Shown here: one piece after another, positions 1 to 8,909 of the stretch
Layout: each line of letters opens with the position of its first letter
How positions within the stretch are numbered: the first letter of the stretch is position 1
Sequence record: PQ015379.1
Strand: one strand, 5' to 3'
DNA length: 64,000 nucleotides
Translations under genes and position numbers: made by a program
The notes under the pieces: generated by a model
Told to the model about the DNA's origin: nothing
What the model saw: the letters and a program-made list of their open reading frames with translations, nothing else
Database searches by the model: none

Positions 1-1002
1 TGCCAGCAGCGAAACATATTTGCGCGGCTTGTCAGCATTCTGCGCATCTTTTTCGCCGTAAACCAGCAGAGGAACGTCGGTGTTTTCCGACACAACGTCA
101 GCCGAGGTATAGCCGAGCATGTCGAGTTCGTAGGTGTACGCGTAACGCGTGGTATTCAGACGCGAAGGGAAGTTGACAACGTATTTGTTGCCTTCCGAAA
201 TCGCGACTTGTTCCAGCGAGTTGATAATCGCGTTGTTGTAGTCGGTATCGACGTTGGCCAGCACCATGTCGGACGGACGCAGCACGTCGGCTTCGCGCAC
301 GGTGAAACGCTGAACTTTGCCAGCCACACCAAACAGACCGAATACCGGGGCTTTGCCGGTTTGAATGGTGGCGCCGGTCACACGATCAACCGGGCGTTGC
401 ACCACGAACCACGAAATAGCGGTAGCGCCGTTGTCCGAAGTGTAATCTTCCCACACGCACAGAACGATACCGCGATTGGTGATCGACAGGCTGTAGGTCA
501 TCGGGAACGAATCGGAAATATCGTTCGAACCGAGAACCACACGGGAAGTACGGTTGATGAAACCCTCTTCCGGTTTGGTTGGGTCCGGGGCGAAAGTCGC
601 CGGATCGCTTGGGTTTTTCGTGTAATAACCGCCGATGGCGCCGAGCGGGCCTTTCAGGGTTTTCGTGGTGGTGCCTTGGGTGCCGTACGAAGCGGAACCA
701 TCGGTGCGAAGTGCCTGCTGCGAACCTGCGGTGATGCCGCAAGTGTGCTTGTCGAACACTTCGATTTGCAGACGCCACGGTTGTTTATTCTGCAACTCGG
801 TGGCGTTCAGCGGATCGACCAGTGGGCCAGCTTCCACCGTGACTTTGAATTTCGCACGACCGGTTGCGTCAACTGGTGGGGTCCACGCAGACGGGAAACG
901 TACGGTAAAACCGTTGGTGGAAAGATCGTTGATCACCGCCAACATCAGTTCGCCCACGTGCGTGTAACCGCTGCGGCGAACGTAAAGACCTGTAACTGCC
1001 AT
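1..1002 (-). CDS. Virion structural protein, paralogue of 1016..2203 (3' end runs off the window; absent from ORF track)
   Basis: ATG at 1002 with AGGAG upstream. My translation MAVTGLYVRRSGYTHVGELMLAVINDLSTNGF...VNFPSRLNTTRYAYTYELDMLGY aligns end to end with the neighbour (VNYPSRLNTPRYAYTYELDMIGY). No stop before position 1. Confidence 0.85.
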   Translation of the reverse strand, partial: MAVTGLYVRRSGYTHVGELMLAVINDLSTNGFTVRFPSAWTPPVDATGRAKFKVTVEAGPLVDPLNATELQNKQPWRLQIEVFDKHTCGITAGSQQALRTDGSASYGTQGTTTKTLKGPLGAIGGYYTKNPSDPATFAPDPTKPEEGFINRTSRVVLGSNDISDSFPMTYSLSITNRGIVLCVWEDYTSDNGATAISWFVVQRPVDRVTGATIQTGKAPVFGLFGVAGKVQRFTVREADVLRPSDMVLANVDTDYNNAIINSLEQVAISEGNKYVVNFPSRLNTTRYAYTYELDMLGYTSADVVSENTDVPLLVYGEKDAQNADKPRKYVSLLA

Positions 1003-1015
1003 TTATTTTTGCTCC

Positions 1016-2203
1016 TTACGCGATGCCCGCGCCTTTTTTCAGCGCAACAATACGCATGCCGTTGTTGGCAGGCAGATTGGAGTGCATGCCGAGGTAGGTA
1101 CGTTCCGTTTGTTCTGCGTACAGAGTTTGCGGAACTTCGGTGGTGCCGGAAATCACGGTGGCCGAAGCGTAACCGATCATGTCCAGTTCGTAGGTGTACG
1201 CGTAGCGCGGGGTGTTGAGGCGCGACGGGTAGTTCACGATGTACTGGTTATTTTCCGAAACACCGATTTGTTTTTTCTCGTTGATGATTGCGGTGCCGTC
1301 CGGAGTGTCGATGGTCGCGCTGATGATGGCGCTGGCGTCGGTCACGTCGGATTCACGAACCACGAAACGGTTGATTTTGTTACCTACGCTGTTCACGCAG
1401 AAAACGGGGGCCTTGCCATCGGTGACGACCACGCCGGTATCGCGTTTCACTGGGCGCTGAACCAGCAACCAGCTGAAATCTTGACCGCTCATGTCGGTAA
1501 CGGAACCCTGCCAGATCGACAGGAAAACGCCGCGATCAGTAATCGCCAAGTAGTACGACAGCGGGTAGGTGTTCGAAACGTCTTTCTCGATACCCGGATA
1601 GGCCGGGATTTGTTCCGGGGCAACAGTGCCACCAGTACCGGGCGGGGTCACAGACTGAATATCCAGCCACACTTTATTCCGACGGTTGATGAAGCCTTCG
1701 GTGATGTTGTTCCAGTGTGGTGCAAATTCCGAATAATCGGCGAAGAAATCTTTATCGATAGTCACCGTCGAAGATTTCGTTTTGCGTGGCGGCGTGTAAT
1801 CAGCACCTACGATGCCTTTGGCCCCGACCAAACGAGTGTTTTTGGTAACACCCGTGTTGGAAGTAGTGGTCACGGTATCAGAGGTGTATGGCAACGAACC
1901 ATCGGCAGGCAACGCAGCAGCCGACCCGACGAAAACACCAAGCGTGGCATTGTTCGAAACGGTGAAATTGATACGCCACGGCTGCTTGACCGTGACTTCC
2001 GCTTTGTTCAGTGGATCGACAGCGCCACCGGCTTCGAGAGTGACGGTGAATTTTTCAACATCAGCGCCCACGGGTTTTTGGTACAGGCCGCCATCATCCA
2101 CCGGGAAAATCGGGGTGAATCCGTTGGCCAGCATTTGGTCGATCACTTCGAGCGTAACAGAACCCGCCGTGGTGAAACCTTCTTTGATAATCGCGATACC
2201 CAT
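1016..2203 (-). CDS. Virion structural protein (tail/fibre-associated paralogue family)
   Basis: 395-aa ORF; clear paralogy to 1..1002; lies in the structural module. Function inferred from context. Confidence 0.7.
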   Translation of the reverse strand: MGIAIIKEGFTTAGSVTLEVIDQMLANGFTPIFPVDDGGLYQKPVGADVEKFTVTLEAGGAVDPLNKAEVTVKQPWRINFTVSNNATLGVFVGSAAALPADGSLPYTSDTVTTTSNTGVTKNTRLVGAKGIVGADYTPPRKTKSSTVTIDKDFFADYSEFAPHWNNITEGFINRRNKVWLDIQSVTPPGTGGTVAPEQIPAYPGIEKDVSNTYPLSYYLAITDRGVFLSIWQGSVTDMSGQDFSWLLVQRPVKRDTGVVVTDGKAPVFCVNSVGNKINRFVVRESDVTDASAIISATIDTPDGTAIINEKKQIGVSENNQYIVNYPSRLNTPRYAYTYELDMIGYASATVISGTTEVPQTLYAEQTERTYLGMHSNLPANNGMRIVALKKGAGIA

Positions 2204-2204
2204 T

Positions 2205-2627
2205 TTAATCCTCGACGGTCAGGTATTGAAGTTTGATTGTGATCGCGGCAGCCACTGCCTGTGTATTCGTGATCTTGCCGTACACCTGCGGGCGAATTGG
2301 CTGTTCCAGATTCACAAAAATCGAATATTGCCGCGATTGAATAACGGTGCCATCCCGAAGAATGGTCGAACCGTCTTCAACGAGTTTGCCAGCGACGGCG
2401 ACAAACTTGTACGGGTTGATATCGATCACCGGGTTATGCGACTCGGTGCCAAATACTTCAACCACACATGGCCCGCTCACTTCCAAACGATGGATGATAG
2501 CGGACGAACCGCTATCAATCACAAAGTTTTCAGAAGCGTTAGGGGCCAGTAGCAAGGTTTTCAGTTCGAATTTCTTGCGTACACGGTTGCCGACTTCACT
2601 TAGCTTTTTTACCGGGGTAAGGGCCAT
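2205..2627 (-). CDS. Hypothetical structural protein, 140 aa
   Basis: GAGG SD upstream; fills the gap between structural genes. Confidence 0.7.
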   Translation of the reverse strand: MALTPVKKLSEVGNRVRKKFELKTLLLAPNASENFVIDSGSSAIIHRLEVSGPCVVEVFGTESHNPVIDINPYKFVAVAGKLVEDGSTILRDGTVIQSRQYSIFVNLEQPIRPQVYGKITNTQAVAAAITIKLQYLTVED

Positions 2628-2645
2628 GTGAATTCCTCAACGTTT

Positions 2646-2656
2646 CTATTAAATTA
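2646..2656 (-). promoter_or_regulatory. TAATTTAATAG motif, candidate late promoter
   Basis: One of about seven similar AT-rich motifs upstream of minus-strand genes. Confidence 0.4.
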
Positions 2657-5600
2657 ACCACCCTGAATAAGGCCGGAAATCGGACCATTGTAGTAAATCT
2701 CGCAAACAAAGGTTTTATCAACCGCGAGATTATAAACATAGCCGTTGTACATTTGCAGCGTGGTTACACCTGCGTATTGTGAGGTGTAATCCGTCACATC
2801 CTGCAACGTGTCAAAGCCCATGTACAGGGAAGCGGCCCCGCGCCCATTTACCGATTGTGCGGCAATGAACGGAGTCAATCGAGCAACGCCCATTTCAGCA
2901 ATGGCGCGAACCCAAGTAACCGGGGTCGAAAGCTGAACGGATTCCACTCGTTTATTTGCATACATTTCGAATTCGGAAATACCGATTTTCTGAATGAATG
3001 CGGAACTGCTGAAGTTATGGAAGTCGTGCGCACCTTCTTTGTAGGTATCGCGGTCCACGAATTCCGAATGGTTTGCACCTTTTTCTGCTGGCCACATTTC
3101 AACGATGCCGAATTTAGCTTTCGCCAGTTCAGCGTAGCCCAAAGGAACAATCCACGCGCCCGTGCCTTGGCCTACACCACGCTCATAATTCTGATCCGTG
3201 AGAACCGAATAAGCGATAGTGTCCATGAAGCCCATGCGGAACGTTTGCGCGAAGCCCGTCGAAATCATTGGAGTGTATTCTTGGTATTCACCAACAACCT
3301 TACCGACTTCCAACAATTCGAATTTCTGATCCTTTTTCCCGTAGTTCACAGGGCCACCGATTTCGAAATCGTCGTCGGCTTTTCCGTAGTTGACTTCGGT
3401 AGGAATGAAATCAGTGTTTTCGTATTCGACTTGGGCAGCAAACGAACGCTCGGAACTCATGTCGATTGTACCGACACCCGCGCTCACACCGTCATCAAAT
3501 TCCGTTTTGCCTTTGCCGTCGTTCACCTGCGCATTAATCCAGCCGGAAATCACAGAGTTTTCCGCCTGAACGTGTGCAGAGGCAATCACCGAATCAGCGC
3601 CTTTTGCGGTCTGCGTATTGGCCTTGTTAACCATTGCATCCGGCCCACGGAAAACGGTGGCCAGTGCTTTGCTCACAACGGAATCAGGACCACGGAAAAC
3701 AGCGGCATTTGCACTTGTGACCAACTGACCCAACGAAGCGAGGGCAGATCGACTAGAGGTATAAACGGCGACCAATGTACGACCAATCACAGACAGCGAT
3801 TTTCCAACAACAGATTGCAGCGTAACCATCCCGTAGTTTTGACGCAACAGAATCCAGCCAGAAACTTTGGCATATTCACCGTAAGCCCGGCCTTTGGTTG
3901 GCGTCAGGTCAGGCTGTTGAATTTTCCACGTACCAACCAATTCACGGGCAATCTGTCCGTTTTTGGTGTAGTAGGTGTAAACGTTCATTTCCTTTTGCCA
4001 GAAGTTCGTGACCCCGCCTTTGATTGCCACCTGATCGTTATTCACAACCGGCGAACTCAACCCAACTTCCACCCCGTTAACAATCAGCGTTGTGCCTTCT
4101 GCATGTGGGGATTCGAGTTGAATATAGGCCCCCGGTTGAACCGAGGTAGCGCGACCAATCAACGACGTGTAAAGCTGGAAACGAACCGGGTTAACCAGCG
4201 TGCCGAAATTCAACCAGAAAATGGTCGGAATTTCAGAAAGCAACAGCAGCTGCGGAAGTTGCGAAATGCGGTAGGGCAGGTTGCCCATGCGCATGAACAC
4301 TTGTTCAACCGCCTGCGAAATCTGCGTGCCGCCCGGCGCCTCACGCTTCAGGATCAATTCAGGGGTCTGCGAAATTGCAGTTTCCGGATCGGTCTGATCT
4401 ACAACGAAAACAGCCGCTGCGTGGGAAACCTGCAACGGGTTGGAAGCATCAGATTCACGCTTCAGAATCAATTCAGGAACTTGTGTAACCGTGGTGGCCG
4501 CCAAGAATTCCTTTTTCAGAATCAATTCAGGAACTTGTGTAACATTCGTGCCCGCAATCGTTTCACGTTTCAGAACCAGTTCGGCCAATTGAGAAATAAA
4601 CGGCCCGTACTCGCTTTCCGTTTCGAATATGAAAACAGCGCCCGGCATGTTGGTGTAATAGAAACCGTAGGTTCCCATGGTGGACGCAACTTGCAGTTCG
4701 ATAGTTCTGTTTTCGGAAATATTATCCAGATGAATCAGTGCATAGCCGCCGTAACCGCCGCCCCCTACAGAACCCGGCGTGTTACTGGAAGCCCGACCAT
4801 AACTGCCCACAATAACGCTTTGATCCGGGGCTGCGGAACCTTGACTAGAATTAACACCACCGGCACCTGTGGCCGAGAATAATGCTTTTTCTGTAGGAGA
4901 AAAATCACCACCGGCACCGCCGTTGTTGAGGTAAGGTGCGGTGCCCGAAGACGCCACGTATTCAGAGGCCCCAAAAATAAGCTTAGTGGGCGCCGTGTAC
5001 GATATAGGAACACCGCTGGCACCAATTGGGCCGCCTGCACCGACCATGATGGCAAAAACGGTTTTTGTACGTTCACGCAGTTTGTGCATGTAGCTAACGA
5101 ACTGCTGTTCAGCACCAGAGAAGCGACCACCGATGTAATCGGTGCGATAAATACCAGCAATTTCCCCAGTCTTATTCAGATTCGTGAACAGCGGTTGGGG
5201 CGGCACTTCGTAGCGTGGTTGGTTTTTGAATTCATAGACAATAACGACCCCATCACCGCCGTTTCCGCCTGCGGCACCACCGGAACCGCGCTGTCCGTTT
5301 TGTGCAGATGTAACAGCCTGCCCGCCAGCCTGCCCAACACCACCGGCACCTACGGTAAGCGTAAGCTCCGTTGGCAGCAAATAAACTTGGCCTGTGCGAC
5401 CAGAAGCACCCGACTGAGAACCTGCATAACCAAAGTTGCCAAACGAAAGACTAGAAATGGCCAGCGTTCCCGAAGGGCTGCCCGTCATGGTCACTACCAG
5501 CGTCTGATCGCCGGTACTTTTCAGCACCACGTTTACAACAGAGCTACCAGAGCCGGGGTTGCCGGTCGTCACAACCTCCCCGTTCAACGAAATGCTGTAG

Positions 5601-6778
5601 GGCTTTGATCCAGAAGTCGCCGGGATATTTAGAGAAACCGTTTGGTTTTCAATCCCTTTGAAATTCAGAGTGACCGATGCGCCAGATGCAAACAGACTGA
5701 GGCCCGTGGTGTTCTGGCGTGCAGCACTTCCGGTAAATTCCCAAGTCAGCTTCGTGGTTGGGCTTGGGCCAGTAAATGCGTTTGATGCGGTATCTGCCGG
5801 GGCGTTTGTTTGCTGGGTCGCCAAAGTAAACGCGGCGCCTTGTGTACCCTGCAAATACGACTGACCACCTGCGGGCGCAGCCGACGACAATGCAATGGAA
5901 CCTGCGCGGGCATTGGAGTCAACGTAACGAAGCCAGTTATCTTCGTGCTTTCCGATTCCAGAAATAACATCGGCCAGCACGTTTGTTTTGCCGCCCGGTG
6001 CCCGGAGAATTTCACCTTTTGCAGTCGTAACAAAAGTGTCACCGCCGCTAATACCCGAACTCGGGGTAGGGCTACCATCCAACGCAGCGTAAACACGACC
6101 TGCGGCACCAGCACCTTGGCCCACAACCAAAAGCATTGTAGTGTCGGCGGCTGGCGTGAAATTGTGAATTCCCGGCGCACTGAATTCAGTTTTTGTCCAA
6201 CCTACCGGAGTTGCTGCGGTGAACGGTAAAACCGGAACCGTAGCAGGTGGCTTCGGGTTAATTGCAATTGATCCAGCCCCGTCATCGTACATTTCGATTT
6301 CGAGAATGCGCAAACGGTCAACCGTACCGCCAGTTCGCGACAGGGGACCGGACGTAGCGTCATCGGTAAAGACTGCCCACACGCGAGCCGCCACGTCTTG
6401 TCCGGGTATGGTGATCGTGTTGGCTAAATCCATCGACGCGTTTGTGTTTTGATACGCCCAAGCGACCCCAAGGTCATCAACGGCGCCTGCCGTGGCGTCA
6501 ATGTCCTGAATAACAGTGTATGCGGCGTGCGAATTGCTGTAGGTATCGGCGTAACCGATTTTGATATTCCGACTCCACGAATAAAACATGACCTTGATCA
6601 TTTTTACCGTGACCGGAGTCGGAAACACCAGCGCAAACATTTCGGAAGTAGTGTTGCCGTACGTGTTGCCCGACGCCCAACCGGTGCCGGTGTTTCCGTC
6701 AATTGCCGATGCGGCGGATGGTCCAAAATCGTTGTGGGCCGTTGCGGCCTGTGCAGTGGCGCCAGTAAGTTTTGCCAT
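2654..6778 (-). CDS. Large tail fibre/adhesin: N-terminal F5/8 type C (discoidin)-like domain, Gly-rich domains, internal 17-20-aa repeats
   Basis: AASAIDGNTGTGWAS...FPTPVTVKMIKV...LEIEMY is discoidin-like. GxGGxGG-rich segments are typical of phage fibres. 1374 aa; GGAG SD. Confidence 0.75.
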   Translation of the reverse strand: MAKLTGATAQAATAHNDFGPSAASAIDGNTGTGWASGNTYGNTTSEMFALVFPTPVTVKMIKVMFYSWSRNIKIGYADTYSNSHAAYTVIQDIDATAGAVDDLGVAWAYQNTNASMDLANTITIPGQDVAARVWAVFTDDATSGPLSRTGGTVDRLRILEIEMYDDGAGSIAINPKPPATVPVLPFTAATPVGWTKTEFSAPGIHNFTPAADTTMLLVVGQGAGAAGRVYAALDGSPTPSSGISGGDTFVTTAKGEILRAPGGKTNVLADVISGIGKHEDNWLRYVDSNARAGSIALSSAAPAGGQSYLQGTQGAAFTLATQQTNAPADTASNAFTGPSPTTKLTWEFTGSAARQNTTGLSLFASGASVTLNFKGIENQTVSLNIPATSGSKPYSISLNGEVVTTGNPGSGSSVVNVVLKSTGDQTLVVTMTGSPSGTLAISSLSFGNFGYAGSQSGASGRTGQVYLLPTELTLTVGAGGVGQAGGQAVTSAQNGQRGSGGAAGGNGGDGVVIVYEFKNQPRYEVPPQPLFTNLNKTGEIAGIYRTDYIGGRFSGAEQQFVSYMHKLRERTKTVFAIMVGAGGPIGASGVPISYTAPTKLIFGASEYVASSGTAPYLNNGGAGGDFSPTEKALFSATGAGGVNSSQGSAAPDQSVIVGSYGRASSNTPGSVGGGGYGGYALIHLDNISENRTIELQVASTMGTYGFYYTNMPGAVFIFETESEYGPFISQLAELVLKRETIAGTNVTQVPELILKKEFLAATTVTQVPELILKRESDASNPLQVSHAAAVFVVDQTDPETAISQTPELILKREAPGGTQISQAVEQVFMRMGNLPYRISQLPQLLLLSEIPTIFWLNFGTLVNPVRFQLYTSLIGRATSVQPGAYIQLESPHAEGTTLIVNGVEVGLSSPVVNNDQVAIKGGVTNFWQKEMNVYTYYTKNGQIARELVGTWKIQQPDLTPTKGRAYGEYAKVSGWILLRQNYGMVTLQSVVGKSLSVIGRTLVAVYTSSRSALASLGQLVTSANAAVFRGPDSVVSKALATVFRGPDAMVNKANTQTAKGADSVIASAHVQAENSVISGWINAQVNDGKGKTEFDDGVSAGVGTIDMSSERSFAAQVEYENTDFIPTEVNYGKADDDFEIGGPVNYGKKDQKFELLEVGKVVGEYQEYTPMISTGFAQTFRMGFMDTIAYSVLTDQNYERGVGQGTGAWIVPLGYAELAKAKFGIVEMWPAEKGANHSEFVDRDTYKEGAHDFHNFSSSAFIQKIGISEFEMYANKRVESVQLSTPVTWVRAIAEMGVARLTPFIAAQSVNGRGAASLYMGFDTLQDVTDYTSQYAGVTTLQMYNGYVYNLAVDKTFVCEIYYNGPISGLIQGG
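4230..4598 (-). repeat. About seven tandem [IV][ST]Q.PEL[IV]LK[RK]E repeats within the fibre gene
   Basis: ISQLAELVLKRE, VTQVPELILKKE, VTQVPELILKRE, VSHAAAVFVVDQ, ISQTPELILKRE, ISQAVEQVFMRM, ISQLPQLLLLSE. DNA ttcagaatcaattcaggaacttgtgtaac occurs twice. Confidence 0.85.
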
Positions 6779-6787
6779 AATTGCTCC

Positions 6788-6816
6788 AAAAAAGGGGCCT
6801 TTTTATCGGCCCCTTT
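6788..6816 (-). terminator. Rho-independent terminator
   Basis: Minus strand AAAGGGGCC-gataaaaa-GGCCCCTTT followed by TTTT, just after the stop of 6823..8856. Confidence 0.8.
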
Positions 6817-6822
6817 CGGTCA

Positions 6823-8856
6823 TCAGAATGTACCGGTGCCCTCGCCAATTACCACATTCGCATTGCGAACGTTCGACAGACGAACTTTTACCGTCACCTG
6901 CGGTGGATTAACTGCGGCAGTCCCGTTAATCGTAACCGGAATATTCACAGTGGTTTCACCCGGTTCAATGGCAGCGGTGCCGAAGGTCGTCACGTAGTCC
7001 GGATTGGCGGGTTGGGTAAACACGATATCGTCGAAGAACGCGAAAGCCTGCGATTGCGCAGCGAAACCGAAACGGCAGTGATCGCGGAACAGCGCCAAAT
7101 CTGGATCGCTCGAAAGGTCAACAGTGATCGGCGTTGCGTCAACGGTCGCGGTGTTCCAATCGGAAGCGTAGGCGCTCACGCTATCGCCATCACGCACCAA
7201 ACGAATAACCGAAGTTTTCCCACTCCAACCGGGACCAGTGGTGCCGATATCAACCGACGCCAAATTCTTCACGACCGTGTTGTCACGCACGTAAATCAGC
7301 ATGAAGTTTTTGCGTGGTGCCAGACCACCCGCGCCCCCGTGATTTCGCAGAGCCATGATCGAATGGTTTTGACCATTTTTCCGCACAAAAGCAACAACCA
7401 TCCCGACCGCATCGTCGTCCGCATCAGTCGAACCGACCTTCGCTTCAATGGTGAATTTCTTGTACGAAACTGGCGACAGCGACATAACGTAAGAACTGGT
7501 ATTGCGCTGAACTTCGATTCGTTCGTTGTCGAATACCAGTGCCGCACCATCGTTGGAATTTGGCACCGTGGTATTTGGCGGGAAATAATCCGGGCCAGAT
7601 GCAGAATGCCACTGTGCCAGAACAACCGCGCTATTCGGGGCCTCGATCATGGTGCCGACTGCATCGTCGGAAATCGTTTCGTAGTCAGCCAAAATGCGCT
7701 CTTCAGATTCAGCGGCAAGCGTGGTTTCGAAATCCAGAACCGAAGTTTGACCAGCTTCAGGCCGCGCCCCATCCAGACCGGTATCGAAAATCGACAGATC
7801 CGGCGTGGGCGAAGTTTGGAACAATTTCACGTTCCAGTTGAAATCTAGCGAGGCAAAAGCCTGTGCACCATTGAAGCGGAAAACACAGGAAGTATCGCCG
7901 TCCACCGTGTTGTCGGCAGTGATCGTGTAATTGCCGGTAGCACCACGCAATTCCGCTGGGAATTTGTTGAACGAAATAAACGGAACAACACGGCGCGCAG
8001 ACGCACCGTTGAAATTCAGAGTCAGCGAAATATCTTGAGTGGAACTGTTGGCCACGAAACGACCGCCGAGTTCGATGGTTTTATCGTCAACTTCCACCGA
8101 ATAATAACGACCTACGCGAATATCATCGTGGGGGAAAGATTCGTGGGTGAAAATTGCAGACGAACCGGGCGGGCCTTGAACACCTTCACCAGTTGCACCA
8201 GCCGGGCCTACAGGGCCAATCGAACCTTGTGGCCCGGTTTCGCCTTGTGGGCCAGTGGGGCCGGTTGGACCCGCAACACCACGTTCGCCTTGTGGACCTG
8301 TCGCACCAGTTTGACCGATTGTGCCTTGTGGACCTGTCGCACCAGTACCACCGGGCAAACCTTGCGGACCAGTAACCCCTTGCGGACCCGTTACGCCAAT
8401 TTCGCCTTTTTCACCGGGCAAACCTTGAGGGCCTTGTGGTCCGGTTGGGCCTACAGGACCACGGGGGCCGATGCCACCATAACCACCAGCAGGGCCAGCC
8501 GGACCCACGTCACCTTTTGGGCCGATGCAACCAATTGCACCATCGCGCCCATCTTTTCCGTCACGCCCGTTTGCTCCCCTGTCGCCTTGTGGACCAGTGG
8601 GGCCAGTTGCACCGACCCCGATATTTGCAGCTGTCGGCAAATCGGGAATAACAATTACCGAATTATCAGAGTTGATGATGCGCAAGATACCGGTTTCCCG
8701 GTCGAACGTTGCGCTTTTCACGGTGCCCGTTGCGTTTTTCCGTTCTTCACTCGGTTCAAAAGTTTGACCGGTGTCGCGCAGGATATTTCCGATGTTGGAA
8801 CCCTGCGTGGAAATCATCTGCGTCGGGATACGCGTCAGCTTAGTATTTCCTGCCAT
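6823..8856 (-). CDS. Collagen-like tail fibre with a Calx-beta domain interrupted by a lectin-like (TSP C-terminal type) domain
   Basis: About 45 Gly-X-Y triplets. PDLSIFD...DYETISDDA and [26 protein letters not shown]...LSNVRNANV are the two Calx-beta halves. [15 protein letters not shown] resembles the thrombospondin C-terminal DDD motif. Confidence 0.75.
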   Translation of the reverse strand: MAGNTKLTRIPTQMISTQGSNIGNILRDTGQTFEPSEERKNATGTVKSATFDRETGILRIINSDNSVIVIPDLPTAANIGVGATGPTGPQGDRGANGRDGKDGRDGAIGCIGPKGDVGPAGPAGGYGGIGPRGPVGPTGPQGPQGLPGEKGEIGVTGPQGVTGPQGLPGGTGATGPQGTIGQTGATGPQGERGVAGPTGPTGPQGETGPQGSIGPVGPAGATGEGVQGPPGSSAIFTHESFPHDDIRVGRYYSVEVDDKTIELGGRFVANSSTQDISLTLNFNGASARRVVPFISFNKFPAELRGATGNYTITADNTVDGDTSCVFRFNGAQAFASLDFNWNVKLFQTSPTPDLSIFDTGLDGARPEAGQTSVLDFETTLAAESEERILADYETISDDAVGTMIEAPNSAVVLAQWHSASGPDYFPPNTTVPNSNDGAALVFDNERIEVQRNTSSYVMSLSPVSYKKFTIEAKVGSTDADDDAVGMVVAFVRKNGQNHSIMALRNHGGAGGLAPRKNFMLIYVRDNTVVKNLASVDIGTTGPGWSGKTSVIRLVRDGDSVSAYASDWNTATVDATPITVDLSSDPDLALFRDHCRFGFAAQSQAFAFFDDIVFTQPANPDYVTTFGTAAIEPGETTVNIPVTINGTAAVNPPQVTVKVRLSNVRNANVVIGEGTGTF

Positions 8857-8880
8857 GCTTTTTATCCTATACGTTTAAGC

Positions 8881-8904
8881 TGCCCGGCCCGTTAAGACCG
8901 GGCA
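8881..8904. other. Intergenic hairpin without U-tract
   Basis: tgcccgg-cccgttaaga-ccgggca between two fibre genes. Confidence 0.5.
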
Positions 8905-8909
8905 TTCCG

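Noticed and set aside
8170-8600. Repetitive DNA (ccttgtggacc and similar) resembling a CRISPR or tandem array
   Set aside because: These are Gly-Pro-Gln-Gly collagen codons within open frames; there is no repeat-spacer structure and no cas gene.
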